Shown here: positions 40,755 to 54,411 of the stretch, in pieces | Position numbering within the stretch: the first letter of the stretch is position 1 | Layout of the letters: each line of letters starts with the position of its first letter | NCBI RefSeq assembly: GCF_009834535.1 | Contig: NC_045697.1 | Location: forward strand, 68,946,001-69,010,000 | Direction of reading: 5' to 3' | From: Camelus ferus | Lineage: Eukaryota | Length of the DNA stretch: 64,000 bases | Translations under genes and position numbers: made by a program | The notes under the pieces: model-generated | Database searches by the model: none | Seen by the model: only the letters and a program-made list of their open reading frames with translations | Told to the model about the DNA's origin: nothing

Positions 40755-43140
40755 GTTTCCAGTTCCACATGTAAGAAACCTGAATGTTGCCACTCCTCCC
40801 TAATAAGTAAAAACCTGAACAGAATGAAAAATCAAACTCTTCTTGGATCCATGAGACAGCAGAGAACTCAGGGCAAATGGCTGTCCCCAAAATCGGAGAG
40901 ACAGACAAACACAAGGAGTCATAGCTTACCAGAGTAGAAACTTCCTACCCTGGCACTGTGGGAACCAGTGCCAGGGTAAGAAAATCTGAACTGTAACTGA
41001 TGAATTGCTGCAAGCTTAGTGCAGACAAGCCTGAAAGTTAAAAACTCCAGGACCTTAGTCGTAGAGGAGGACCCCACAATTCTGATTTACCTCCAGGAGC
41101 TCTACTAGGTTCTCACAGTAAATATTAGAGTAAAATTCCCTTATCCTTCTGGCAGAGTTAGAGGGAAAGGAACCATTCTGAAATAAACCAGAGCACTGTT
41201 TTTCTTAACAATGCCTACTCTGAGGAGAATCTAATTAACCGCAGCCTAAACTGCTGGAACATTCTTAGTATCTAATAGACCTTGGGGAAGGAAAACACTC
41301 TTGTCAATCCTAGCTTTCCACAAAGATAAAGGCAATACCTAACTCCAGCCCACACCAGCCACCCTATGCCAACTAAGGGAGAAAAAAGGAAAAAAAAAAA
41401 AAAAAACTGAGAAAACACTTTTGATGCTCACAGTCCAGAGGCATGGGCTCACGAAAACACTGAGAGCTAGTCATAGGATTATAGCTCTTCCAGACCACAT
41501 TACTAAAGGCATATTTTCAACAGTTCCTCTACCTGATAAATCCTATCAAGTGCTAGAGACTGAATGTTTACGTTCCTCCAACATACATGTTTAAACCTAT
41601 TGCCCCAATGTGATGGTATCTGAAGGTGGTGCCTCTGGGATGTGATTAACTCATGAGGGCAGAGTTCTCATTAACAAAATTAATGCCTTTATTTAAAAAA
41701 ATTAACAAAAACACCCAGGAGAGTTCCCTTGACCCTTCCACTATTCAAAAAAACAGCAAAAAAAAAAAAAAAAAAAGATGACCGTCTATGACCAGGAAGC
41801 AGGCCTTCAACAGATAATGAATCTGCTGGTCCCTTGATCTTGGACCTCCCAGCCTCACAGAACTATAAGGAATAAATTTGTCTTTTTTAAAAGCCAACTA
41901 GTCTATAGTATTCTGTTATAGCCACCCAAGCTAAGACACCCAGTTATCAAGAAAAAATTACAGCAAATATTAGAAAGCAAAAAACACCATTAGAAGACAC
42001 AGTAAACAACAGAACTAGGAACCAGGCACTGCAGAAGAGTGCAATCAATTAGATCAGGAATTTAAAATATGTATATTAATATTCTAAGGGCTCTAATGGG
42101 TAAAAAAAAAAAAAAAGTGCAAGAACAGATGAGCAATATAACCAGAGAGATGGAAGTTCTAAAAATAAATAAATAAAAAGAAAAATAAATGCTAGAGATC
42201 AAAAACATCATGACAGAAATGAAAATGAAGAATGCCTTTATAGGTTTATTAGTAGACACAGCTGAAAAAAGAATCTCTAGCCTTGAGAATATATCAATAG
42301 AAACCTCCAAAACTGAAAAGCAAAGAGAACAAAGACAGAAAAAAATCAAAACAGAATATCTAAAGACTAAGTGACAACTACGAAAGGTGTTATATATGCA
42401 TAATGGGAATATCAGAAAGGAAAGAAAGAACCAGAAGAAATGTTTGAGAAAATAATTACTGACAATTTCCCCAAGTTAATGTCAAATAACAAACCACAGA
42501 TCCAGGAAGGTCGGATAACACCAATGCCTCCAAAATAAGGATAACTGTAAAAAAAAAAAAACTACACTAGGGTATCATCTTCAAAATACAGAAAATAAAA
42601 GATTAAAAAAAAATTCTGGAAGAAGCCAGAGGGAAAAAAACACCTTCCATAAGGAGAAACAAAGAATTACATCTGACTTCTCCAAAGAAATTCTACAAGC
42701 AAAAAAAGAGTAGAATAAAATATTTAAAGTGTTGAGAGAAAAAAACCAACCTAGAATCCTATACCATGTAAAATTATCTTTTAAAAGTGAGAGATATACT
42801 TTCTTAAACAAATAAAACAAAATTAAATTTGTTGCCAGTAGACCTGCTAACAAGAAACGTTGTTTCTTAAAAAAGAGGAAAATAATATTAGTCAGAAATT
42901 CAAATTTGCATAAAAGGAAGAGTAAATAATTAGTAACCTTCCAAAACAAATGCACCAGACCCTGATGGGTTCACCGGGTGAATTCTACCAAACATTTAAG
43001 GAAAACATTTAAGGAGATTATAGTTCTCCATAATATCTTTTAGAGGGAATACTTCCTAACTCATTCTGAGGCCAGCATTACCCTAATACTAAAATCAGAC
43101 AAAGACACCACAAGAAAACTGCAGACCATTATCTCATGAT
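40755..43140 (+). mobile_element. Old L1 (L1MD/L1MC-type) 5'UTR plus ORF1 with a jump into ORF2
   Basis: ORF 42189..42374 is the ORF1p coiled coil (MLEIKNIMTEMKMKNAF..TAEKRISSLE). At about 42925 the sequence switches to ORF2 (accagaccctgatgggttcac..gaattctaccaaacatttaagg). Confidence 0.8.
41550..41938 (+). mobile_element. MLT1A-like MaLR solo LTR nested in L1
   Basis: TGctagagactgaatgttt..ccccaatgtgatggtat..ttggacctcccagcctc..gttatagc..ctaagaCA. Confidence 0.82.
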
Positions 43141-44140
43141 TCTAAATTAACACATTTTATCCTGTTTGAGATTGTAATTGTTAGTCCATGAAAATAATTG
43201 TATTATATTACTCTGTTATTGTATCTTTTTCTAATACTTCTATAAGTAATATTTTTCCTTGCTGACTGATAATTCAGGGGAAGATCAAGAAAATGAAGTA
43301 CAGAGAAAATTCTTATTGTAATACTTATTTTTCAGCTGATAATCATTTATCCTTACTCTAAATGGATTTACTTTAAAATTTGTATCCTATAATTTTTACT
43401 TATAATCTTCAAGTTTTTAAATTTAAATATAACAATATACTAGAGGAAAAAAATTCCAAAGTGTTTCTGCTTGTTTTTTTTTCCTTTTGCCTACAAGTTC
43501 CAAATGATGAAACTGAAACATAGCTGTAATAAAATATGCAATGGTATTTAAGGTTTTACATTAATAAATATATACTATCTAACAATGAAGATAAAAATCT
43601 TACTATGTACTAATTGGACTACACCAAGAATATTATTCTTAGATCTCAACATCATATTTTTTAAAGAGAGAAAGATTCAAAAACTGAAGAAAATCCCTAG
43701 ATAACGTCAAAAGAAAATAAGTTATCTTAAGTTAAATAATAATAATAGTCAAAGATATTTAGAACATTTATCCTCACTAAAGATTTAAAGGGAGATTGAA
43801 AAGAAGTCTTAAGAAAAGGGGAGAATAAGTAGATAGCAAGCAGGTAAGTTTAGGTCAGTTTAAGAAGGAAATTGTAAAAAATAGAGTTGTCTGCAACTGC
43901 ATCAAGAAACCTTAGGGGTATTGAGTTCTTTATCACAAGAGGTGTTCAAGACAGAGATGGTGAGTGATCACTTGAAGATTTAAAATACAGTTCGTCAGTT
44001 CCATCCGCAATATTCTTTGAGTGACAACTACCCACCAGGCACAGTATATCCAAGAGTACTCTAACTTCATGATAGTAAGACATACGATTCAATGACCTTA
44101 AAATCTAAAAAGTAGATGAAGTAGCTATTTTTCAACTTAC

Positions 44141-44252
44141 TTTTTTTTCCTCCTGCTGTATTATTACTTCATAAAGTCGTGGAAGATTTAAGCAATAATT
44201 TTGCTGTTGATCTTTCTTGATGTTAATGTTTTCATAATGTGGTGCTTTTTTC
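44141..44252 (-). CDS. STPG2: STPG2 internal coding exon (112 nt, phase 2 to 0)
   Basis: Acceptor tttttccaaag|G and donor AAA|gtaagt. Translates (Q)KKAPHYENINIKKDQQQNYCLNLPRLYEVIIQQEEKK; phase fits the preceding exon. Confidence 0.93.
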
Positions 44253-44749
44253 CTTTGGAAAAATTAGAAAGAAATTTATTCTCAATTTCAAATACATAAA
44301 TGTTTATATAAGCTAAGGGAATATTTTTACACCAACATTTCCTGATTAAAAAGTATTCAACAATAAGATCATCTGGGTGTGTTTGGCCAATATATTCTAA
44401 ATTTTGTAAAATGTATACATTTATGTTAGTTCTGCATTTTCCAATTCAGAGCATTATAATATAATAATGATTCCAAAAAGAAAATAAAATGTGAAATTTA
44501 TGTCATGAATTTAAATAAAAAGCTACCAAAGTTTCCTGTTTATTTTATTTACCATAAAGTCTTTAAAATTTCCAATCACTTGGTATTTCAACTATTCACT
44601 AAAATAAAGGGAAAACAGTTAACGCTATTTATATCATAAAACAATCAGGAAAAGGGCATAAAGAAAGATCTTTGAAAATGAAAGAGAAGCTATTTTCACT
44701 GAAATTTACACCATCCCAATTAAGAATAAGAAACTAAGCAACAAGTAAC

Positions 44750-44995
44750 AGCCCAAGAATTGGAGTCAGATAGCCTGATATGAATCCTAACATTGCTATC
44801 TACTAGCTGTATGACCTTACACAAATCATCTAACTTCTCTAAATTTCAGATTTGACTCTTCACCTGTAATTGGAAATAGTAATAACCCACCCTCATGGTT
44901 GTAATGACTACAGTGGACGATACATGTGAAGTGTTTAGTGCCATACATAGCCCACAGTAAGGACAAACAATAATGGTTAGTTATTATTATTATAA
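44750..44995 (+). mobile_element. MIR SINE
   Basis: tggagtcagatagcctg..tactagctgtatgacctt..cctcatggttgt..tagttattattatt. Confidence 0.75.
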
Positions 44996-45133
44996 GAATA
45001 TATTTAAATAGGCTACGCCAACTATAATACTAGTTTTTTCTAGTTCTGAAACAAAATTTTGGAAAAAATGTCATATTAAACATTTCCAATGAACTATACT
45101 GAACACAAGCAGAATAAAAATTGATAGTAGAAA

Positions 45134-45260
45134 TGTGACAATGAATATATGTATGTTCATGTATAACTGAAAAATTGTGCTCTACACTGGAATTTGACAC
45201 AGAATTGTAAAATGACTATAACTCAATAAAAAAAAAGTTTAAAAAAAAAGAGGGAGAGAA
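45134..45260 (+). mobile_element. Short young L1 3' end (camelid type) with A-tail
   Basis: gacaatgaatatatgtatgttcatgtataactgaaaaattgtgctctacactgg..actcaataaa plus A-tail. TSD of about 18 bp, aaaa(a/t)ttgatagtagaaa, at 45116-45133 and 45261-45278. Confidence 0.88.
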
Positions 45261-45935
45261 AAAATTTGATAGTAGAAAAACAGAACCAAATGCTTCAGTT
45301 ACATAATTGCCATTTTTTTTTAGACACTACTATGATTTAAATATGCATTTAACATCTCCGTTCACTGTCAAATGCTGACTTCACTGATTTTCTTGCACAA
45401 AATTCAACAAATGAGTTTATTTTCAAAACCTCAGTTTTAGGGATAAAAAAATGTATATTTAGGATATCAGAAGGGTCACATATCATTGAGGCCTGTGTTT
45501 TCCCAAAAAGAAACCTATAAACTCATTCTTCCATTTGGAGTAGCTAATTATCTCAATTTTTATACCATATCAAATCTTTCAGAATAATTATGATTCAATC
45601 AATTTTTTTTAAAAGTCAAAAAAAAAAAAAGATAGAAAATATCAACTGCCAGAAGGAACCAAGACTAGTCCAAATAAAAGATACAGTGAAGGCAGCAAAA
45701 CCCAAGAGCAGACAAATTATGGAAATGGTGAACTATCTGAAGCAGTTTAGAATGCAGTCTATATGGATAAAATCCTTTAAGTAACAGTGAAAATACCAAC
45801 AGAAGAAAGGAAACAAGGGAAAAAACAAAGATCAAAGAGAGAATAACATTTAAAAAGTAGGAGGAGAATGGGAGTGGGACATGGTTGGAGAAGCAAAAAG
45901 GACGGTTAGGAAAAAACTATCAAGGAAAATCAGAG

Positions 45936-45986
45936 CAGGCAGGCAGGCAGGCAGGCAGATAGACACACAGACAGACAGACAGACAA
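45936..45986 (+). repeat. Compound (GGCA)n/(AGAC)n microsatellite
   Basis: Direct reading of the sequence. Confidence 0.9.
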
Positions 45987-46829
45987 GCAAACAGCCAAAC
46001 TGGAAAAGGAAAATGATAAAACACTAAATAATAAAAGCATCAGGACAAGGCGATAAGCAGAGTTAGAGCATTTGACACTTTGTTTTATTTGGCAGAATAA
46101 CAAAGATTAAATTTAGATCCCATTAAGCTACATATACATCTAAAATTTCTAATGTAACTACTAAAAAAAACAAAAAACAGTATATTTCCCATATTAGGAG
46201 AGTGAAAAAATGAAAAGGACAATAGCATATTGTATAAATTCCCAAAAACAAAGACCATGTTTTATTCTTTTTATTCTCAGTTACTAAGTTTATTACTAGG
46301 ACACAGCAAGAATTCAAACAGTGTTAATTCAATGAATGCATAGTAGCAAGGGGAGTTTAAGCAAGAGCCTCAGCTAGGTCCACTGCTGGTATACAGATGC
46401 GTCTGAGTCTGTCTAGCACACTAATTGGATAGGTAATCACTGTGGGACTTCCTGTGAGACAGCTCATTCTATGAGAGAAAGAATCAGGCAGGTAAGCTGG
46501 ATCCTGTTAAAAAATTGAACCATGATAGATTCTGAGAACAACGTGGTATCTGTTACTCAGTTTTGCCTTCCATGGACTTGTGTCTAAGGTCTTACTGTAG
46601 GAGCAGGAGAAAATAAAGATAGGAAGAGTTATTCTACCAGAAAGGTATTTCCTAGTTAAACTTCACATATATCACCTCCAACTTAACGCAATGGCTCTGA
46701 CTCACACTGAGAATGCCTACTAAATCTCTCACGTAGTCAGACGAGTGGACACCAGAGCCAGGAACATAATCCTGGGTTACTTTCTTTTATGTTTTCTCTG
46801 ATCTTTTGTCCATTTTATAATTAAAAACA

Positions 46830-47050
46830 GTATATTTTAGTGCTTAGATACATGGGCTGCATAATCGAAGAGGCCACAGCTAATGTCAAGCTCTGCGACG
46901 TAATAGCTACATATTAAATATGCAATTTATTCTCCTTGACCCTCACATTTTTTCCTGATAAAATAGGTACAACAAGAGTAACTACACAGAGACTTGTGAA
47001 GATTAACGAGGTAATACATGTAAAACAGGTAGCCCCAGGATCTGGCTCAC
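46830..47050 (+). mobile_element. MIR SINE fragment
   Basis: ttgtgaagattaacgaggtaatacatgtaaaaca..tctggctcacag. Confidence 0.55.
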
Positions 47051-47205
47051 AGAACAGCAATCATTTTCTTACAGGTCATTCCAAAATAAATATTTCTTGG
47101 AGTTTTTCATACTGACTTTTCCTTTCATAACAGCATAATCTAGTCTGAATTATTAGAATACTTCATAGTCAAGAACTATAGTAAAGGTATACTTTTTTTA
47201 CTTAC

Positions 47206-47318
47206 TGGGTTATATCATACTGTCCAGGACCAGGCCCTGACTTTATAGGTAACTCTTGTCTTCCCAAAGAGTTGCCAAAATGTATCCCCTTATATTTCAA
47301 AGTTACACTGCAAAAACC
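47206..47318 (-). CDS. STPG2: STPG2 internal coding exon (113 nt, phase 0 to 2)
   Basis: Acceptor is a poly-T tract followed by aaag|GGT; donor CCA|gtaagt. Translates GFCSVTLKYKGIHFGNSLGRQELPIKSGPGPGQYDIT(Q), including a PGPGQY repeat. Confidence 0.95.
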
Positions 47319-50300
47319 CTTTAAAAAAAAAAAGTGAAAATGAGACACAGTTTAAGTAAGACATGAAACAATGCTTAACTTAAGTCTAAAGCAAGGATAG
47401 CCTTAGTCAAGGAGGTTCCACTGGGAAATGCTAAAGTCTCCCTTGATACATCTCAAGCTAAGTTATCACTGCTGTGCCCCATCCCACTCCTGAGTCAGCC
47501 AGGATTTCCAGAAAAGTGCCTGTAGTTTAGCATATCCTCGACCAATATGAATAGCTTTGCCCTTGGCAGCACAATCAGCAATCTAAAACCTTAAGGGCAA
47601 TGAAAATTAGCTCCTCATCATTTATAAAGGGGAGGAAGGGCAGATTTGTACAATTTAGGGAATGCGAAAATCTAGCAAAAATGATCATTAAATAGAAATT
47701 AATTTTAAGAGATTAAATTAAACACCACCAGATGTTAGACAACTTCTAATTACCTAGTTTTTAAAACTATAAGATACTCATGTACAGCTTTCAAAGAGTA
47801 ACAAATATGTAACAAATATATAACAGAAATTAAGCACTAACTCCAGTTCATTATCTTGTTAATACTTGATCAGTTCCTTAATGCCAAAGAAATCATTTTG
47901 TGATGTGGGAAATCAACAATCATCTTCCTTCTCATTCACTATAATAAATATCAAAATCAGGCACTACCCACTAAAGTATTTACTTTAGAGAATTTAAAAC
48001 ACCTAGTTTCATTAGAAACTAATAAAACATAAAACAAGAACAGTCTCCTCCCTTAACAGGAATTCTCTTGTATTGACCTAATATTTTCTCAAGTAAGCAA
48101 TCATTTAAGAATTTTTTCAATGGTAAAAGGTAAACTTTAGTCTATTTAACTTATTTAGTTCATAGTTGTAAAATTTTGTATAGGCATATGTAATATGCCT
48201 ATATAAGCATAAGTATATAGGCATATAATTTATATAGGCATGGATTATTAAAACAATTAACATACAAACTGAATAAAATCCCCCTAACATAAACTTTAGT
48301 TTAACTGCATAAAACAGCATGTCAGTTGTTCTAGGTGACCAGCACTATTCTACAACAGTGGCACCGATCTCTCTCAATTACCATCATAAACAATATTAAT
48401 GAAATAAATAGCAATTAGAGATTAGAAAACATAATTCCAGTTCATACTGGATAATTAAGCCCATATCTGCCCCACTCCCACCAGAATTTCAAAAGAAGTA
48501 TATAAAATGCACATAAATTATCAGTGCTAGAAACTAAAAGAAAGTGTCAGTCACATTCCAAAAGTTTAAGGACTTTCTGGAAAATACAGCACAGCAGAGA
48601 CTAGAACCAGGCAAAGACCTCACTGCATGTGAAAAGAACCTCAGCTGAATACTACTAACATCCCCAGAAAGATAAGAACTAGAGGTAAGGATGGACTCAT
48701 ATTAAGTAGGGAGTGTTTCTCAAAACTGCTAATAACCTTAGAGATTTCTTTGCACCAGTGCCGTTATATGAAGTAATGAAAGAATGTTTAAAAACCCACT
48801 TTATTCTCGGAGTGGATAGTTGGAATAAATTGGAAGCACTGGCACTGGCCCCTAACAAGAACAGACTTTCTAGAGAGCCCCACTCCAGAAAGCTTTGGGA
48901 TGCCACAACAAAACCCAAAATAAGCTGAAACAGCACTAAATTCCCTACTATATGAGAACATCTTTTACTTTCTAGAACTTACCACTAAAAATTAGCCCTC
49001 AAATATTATAAAATACAAATGCAATAAAACTAAACTTTCCCTTCTACACCTACTTGATTTAAAGAATTAAATTGGGACCAAAACAATCTCTGACAGAACT
49101 CTGATGTTTGCATAAAGTGAAATGGGACCTTTGTTGATTCTTTTTTCATACACACAATCTCAAAGAGAAGCTGAATTATAGTTTTTCTAAAGGTTTCCTC
49201 TGCTTTAATTTTAGTAAATCTCTTTGTTCCTTGCTTGGGGTGGTGGAGGGTGTTGGAGCTGAGGATAGAAAACCAGGGTGTTACATGCTATGTCCAAATA
49301 AGATTCAGACATATTTTGGAATGTCTAGTGAACTATTAGTGCAAATCAACCAGATGAACGTGAAAACTAATCCTACAAGACGCAGTTACTCATGATGACC
49401 CACACCTAGTAAGGAAATCTTACTGTTAAAAGAGTAGCTAACTACTGGATGTTTTCTGTTGACTGGATTTGCCTTCTAACAGACAATCCCCACTGGATTT
49501 ATGCCTGTGTCTTGTAGAGTAGAGGCGATGACAAAAATCTCAAAGACCCCGTTTTATTAAAACAGTGGTAAAAATCAGTGCTACCTTTAGAGCACTCTGT
49601 CCAATAGAGTATAACACAAAGAGAGAAGAGCCAATCTCCCCACCATCACCTCAGCTCATCATGCAGCTGTAGCTGTGATGGAGGACATTGGTGGAAATGC
49701 CCAAGAGAGAGCAGCATCTGGCAAGAGACTGAAGTGCCTAGGGGAGCAGAAGCTGCCTATTATAATGTAGCCATGTTAGATATTTTACATATTTCAGACA
49801 GGAGCATACCTAATATGCTGATTTACTATAACACAGAGATTTTTAAAAAGAACATCAGTATTTTAAAAAGAGAATTTTGACAAATCATCTTTAGTATATT
49901 TTTATAGCTTAAAAAATACATATTATGGTTTTATATTAATTCTTTTAACACAGCATTTCAGGACCTCTAGTAGAATTATGTCCAAGAAGCTTTCTTCAGG
50001 TTAATTTAGATTATTGTGATTTTTGTGGTTCAACTATTTCTTAAGGTAATCCAGTAGAAGGAAAGATTACACATACACAGATATATACACACCACTCAAG
50101 ACAACAGCAAAATCCGTTTTCTGTATATACACTAAAATTCATTTCATTAAACCATGGAACTACTTAACTCACTAACCTCTGCAGTTCTTAGGTAAATGTT
50201 CAATCAGAAATTTAATCTAAAAGCCTTTTTAAAATACAGACAGAAAATAAAGAATAAACAGATGTAGTCTTAACTCTAAATCACACTCTCCTTATATCAA

Positions 50301-51347
50301 GTGTTGACAATACCACCTTCAAGGTCACTGTCAACTTGGAAAATCATTAACAAATAAAATATGACTTAATTGAAGCAAACTCAGCATGGAGCTGCATTAT
50401 TTCAAGTGAATGTTGTAATATAACTTGAAGAAGAATTGCTAACTGCCACTTTCATTGACAATGAAATAAATGAAGGGGCTATGCAACTCTCCCCACCATG
50501 TCTTTTGCATAATTAAGTATAGAAATAGAATTTGTGAAGAATTAAAAGTCCCAAAGTGCACCAGTTCCAACACTAATGGACCACATTCCAGTGTGGCAGT
50601 TCCCAGCATGTTATCATTAGCAAATATATCAGTGTCATAATTCCAACCGCAAACTTTGCTTGGGAAATCCACCTCTGAAAAATAGATTTCTAATGGCTAC
50701 CTGGGCTCTTCTAAAAAAAAAAAAAAAACAGAGAAGCTAAATTTTATAATTCAAAATGTTATACAAAATAATTTATATAGAGAATTTCTCTTTACAGACT
50801 AAATATAGCTAAAAATTATTTGTTAGCTAGAGTCTCATACAACTCTTCATTTCAGAGTTGCTTCTTTATTTAAGCTATATAAGATACTTTCAGCAGATGT
50901 TATCTAAACAGTTCAGGGAAGAACCACTATAATTAACTATCTGTTGGATTATTTTCTCATATTTTCTATTAATATTTACATCTGGAAATTGAGCCCACAT
51001 TAGTATTATCTCAAAAAGCAGCTAAAGAGATATGAGAATTATCAGAAATTTGGATGATACTTGAATTAACATTACTACAGTATTAATTTCACAGTAGTCT
51101 GTGAGAACCTGTAGTTTTTGTTTTTGGGTTTTTTTTTCCTTGCAGGAAAAAAATAAGAAAATGAAGCCTTCAGCTATTAAGCTCTGCTGCCCTCTCTCTA
51201 GTTCTCTCAAATTCAAGATGGAGATTTCAGAAAATACCACAATTCAGTTCAAATTAAGTTTTATTGAATCTTCTTGAATATTAACAACTATGTCTTTAAC
51301 TTACATGTAAATCTGTTTTTACATGTTTTCTTAAATTCAATCTAGAT

Positions 51348-51407
51348 TTTTATTCTAATAAATACAAGTTTTATTCTAATAAATACAAGTATTCTAATAA
51401 ATACAAG
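51348..51407 (+). repeat. Three-copy minisatellite, core TATTCTAATAAATACAAG
   Basis: Identical 18-bp cores at 51351, 51372 and 51390. Confidence 0.9.
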
Positions 51408-52529
51408 GATTGACTCAATAATTACTAAAATAGGTCATCAAGTTAGATCTATTAGAACTGTAGAATAAATTTTCTTATTTGTCTTCTATTGAACAATAAT
51501 TTAGCCAGAAAGAACCAAATTTTATATATCAAAGTAATGTTTATTCATATGTGAAAAAGATTTTGTATACTTGGAAAACTTGGAGGCATTATTCTGGCCT
51601 TCTAATAGATGATACATTATTCTGAAACAAAGAGTATACATAAAAATATAATTTTAAAGGAAGAATAATATTTTGAGATTTAAATTAAAAGTAATCAGAG
51701 AACTGCTTAAGCTAAGGCCAAGGTTCTATGACTACTGTGGAAAAAAAAAAAATTGTTAGTTCCAATATTTTAGACCAAAGATTTTCCCTGGATATTTTGG
51801 ATAAGGCACAGACAGCTTAAGCAACTTGGTCAAGGACAAATAATTATTAAGCAGTAAAAGCCAAGAGATAAACCCAGGTAGTCTGGTTCCATTACACTAC
51901 CTCTCATAATTGTCCTTTACCGTGGACTGAATATACTGATATTAGACCACAGGACTTCTATCAATTTCACTGTAATTTTTACAGAATTATCTCCATTGTT
52001 CTTCTAAGCATACCTTACTCAAATATCTAAGATATTGGCACTGTCTGTTGATATAAATTAATTACTTTGGTATTATTAACAGGATGATAGGATAGCTAAG
52101 GCCTGGAAAACTAGGTATGGCATAGAGAGGGAGAGCAAAATACTCCTGGGACAAAAAAATCCATATCCAGAAAGAAATGGGAATTCTCAGGTGAACAGGA
52201 GACATTCTATAACTTACAATATCCTTACTCTCCATTTACCAGAGGTAAGTTAGTTCTTCTTAAGTTTTATAGTATGCAGCAGCCTATCAGGTCTTAAAAT
52301 ATCTGTATTCGAGCATCAAAAGTATCATTTCTAGTGTGTTCCATAATCAACAAATAAAAAAGAGTTACAAAGCAAAAATAATACTGGCTTGTGTATTTAC
52401 CTTTACCTTTGTACTTTAAATCTTTAAAGAGAATTTGAGTTATTGTCTAATGAACTTTCATTTCAGCCTGAAGGACTTCAGTGCTTTTAGAGGGTGTACT
52501 AGAGATAAAATCTACCAGTTTACCTGGGA

Positions 52530-53400
52530 AAGAAGACAAAGACTGAAGACTGTTCCAAATTAAAGGAATCTGAAGACACAACAGCTAAATGCAACATGTA
52601 ACAACAGATTGGACTCTGAACCAAAACCCATTTTTTAAAAGAATATCATTGAGATAATTAGCAATATTTTTAAAATATCTATAGATTAGATCATAGTATT
52701 ATATGAATGAATTTTTTCTGATTATGATAATTACACTGTGATTATAAAAGAGAATTCTTGTTCTTAGAAATTTTACATTGAACTATTTAGGAGCAAAGGG
52801 GCATCATGCCTGAAATGTACTCTGAAATTGCTTAATTAAAATGACAATATAAACATATATAGGAGAAAATGATAGAGCAAATGTGATAAAGTGTTAACTG
52901 CAGGATCTAAGTGAAAGGTATACAGGAATTATTTGTATTATTCTTGTAACTTTTCTACCAGTCTGAAATTATTTCAAAATTTTATTTTATTTTTAAAAAG
53001 AAACTAACTAGAAGCAATAAATGAATTAGATCTAACACATTGCTGTAGTTAAATCTAGAAAATACAACATAAGTAAAATAGCAAGCAGCCTACATACCAG
53101 ATGATACCATTTACTTAACTGTTTTAAATCATACAACAATATATATTGTTATTTATATGTAATAAAGATTTACTGTTTACTTTGGCAAAGGGAGAAGAAT
53201 AGAGGGAGGGAAACTGGGTAGGGTAATAATTGTAATAATATATTTATTTTAAAATGTAGCTAATTAAAGTGTGATTAAAATTTTAATATGTGTTATATGT
53301 GATGGTGGGTACATGAGTATCTGTTTTTAGGTTTGTACTAGCCTATGTGTAATTACATAAATTACAATAAAAATACTTTAGGAAGAAAACAAGTATCTAA
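52530..53400 (+). mobile_element. Old L1 (L1MC/ME-type) 3'UTR fragments
   Basis: acaacagctaaatgcaacatg, tagattagatcatagtattata, ttgtattattcttgtaacttttct..tgaaattatttcaaaat. Confidence 0.65.
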
Positions 53401-54019
53401 GACCCCCAAATGCTCCAGTATATCTATTGCCAAAAAGCAAATGGTTTCAGAAGGTGCTTGAACCTAAACCCAAAGATGGAGACATGTTCAAACAAAAAAC
53501 TACAGAGTATTGGGAGTAAAAGTCAAGCTAAATCCTGAGAATACCTTTTCTTTGCCCCCAGGTGCCCTTTCAGCCTGTCCTTAAGTCTACCCTAAATTTT
53601 TGCCATTTTCCTCACTGGGATTATTTCCTTTAGATCTCATGAAAATACAAAAATACAACAGGTTCAAAACACTGTTACTTCAGTCTTGTAACTAAGTAAA
53701 ACCAGATTTATCTATATTCATGGGTAACTCATACATTTCAGCTGGCTGAATAAAACTTTTGTTCAACTCTGGCCAGGTATGAAATTTAAAATCTGGATGA
53801 AATGGATCTGCTACATTATGTTTGATATTTTAATCAGAGAAGCTCTGTATTTTTTTACAATCAGTTGTGAAGTTTGGTAAATAATACTTACCCTGTCAGA
53901 CTCAAATTCTTTTATAAATAAAATTTTTTCCTTTCAAATTCAGAAAAAGAATGTCTATGTATTGCATATGCTTATACATTATAACAGAGACTTTTAGTAA
54001 GTTAAACTTGTTTCCTCTT

Positions 54020-54350
54020 TTTCCTAGATACAGTTAGACCGCATTTCCCAGGCTCCTTGGCAGTTATGTGCATTCATGTGCCTGAACTTGAATTCCCAGG
54101 CCTGGCCTGCAGAAACCCCCACTAGCAGTTCTCTGTCCTCTTTCCCCTTCTGCCAGCTGGATACAGATGACACCAAGGCCCTTAGACAAGACAGTAACAT
54201 GAATGGAATAAACCTGGATCCCTGAATCTCTACATGGAGGAAAGTCTCTTATCAACTAGAAATGCCCATTTGAATGAGGAAAAAATCTCTGTTGATTAAG
54301 CCACTGAGATTTGGGGATCTATTTGATACTGGGTCTATTTGTCACATTAA
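54020..54350 (+). mobile_element. MLT1-family (J/K-like) LTR fragment
   Basis: catttcccaggctccttggcagtta..cctggatccctgaat..gattaagccactgagatttgggg. Confidence 0.6.
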
Positions 54351-54411
54351 CTAAAATATGCATAAACATAAACAATCTTCCAATTGTCAATATGAAATGT
54401 ATTATACTTAC

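Noticed and set aside
51348..51407. Direct repeats as a CRISPR-like array
   Set aside because: No unique spacers, only three copies, and a mammalian intron context.
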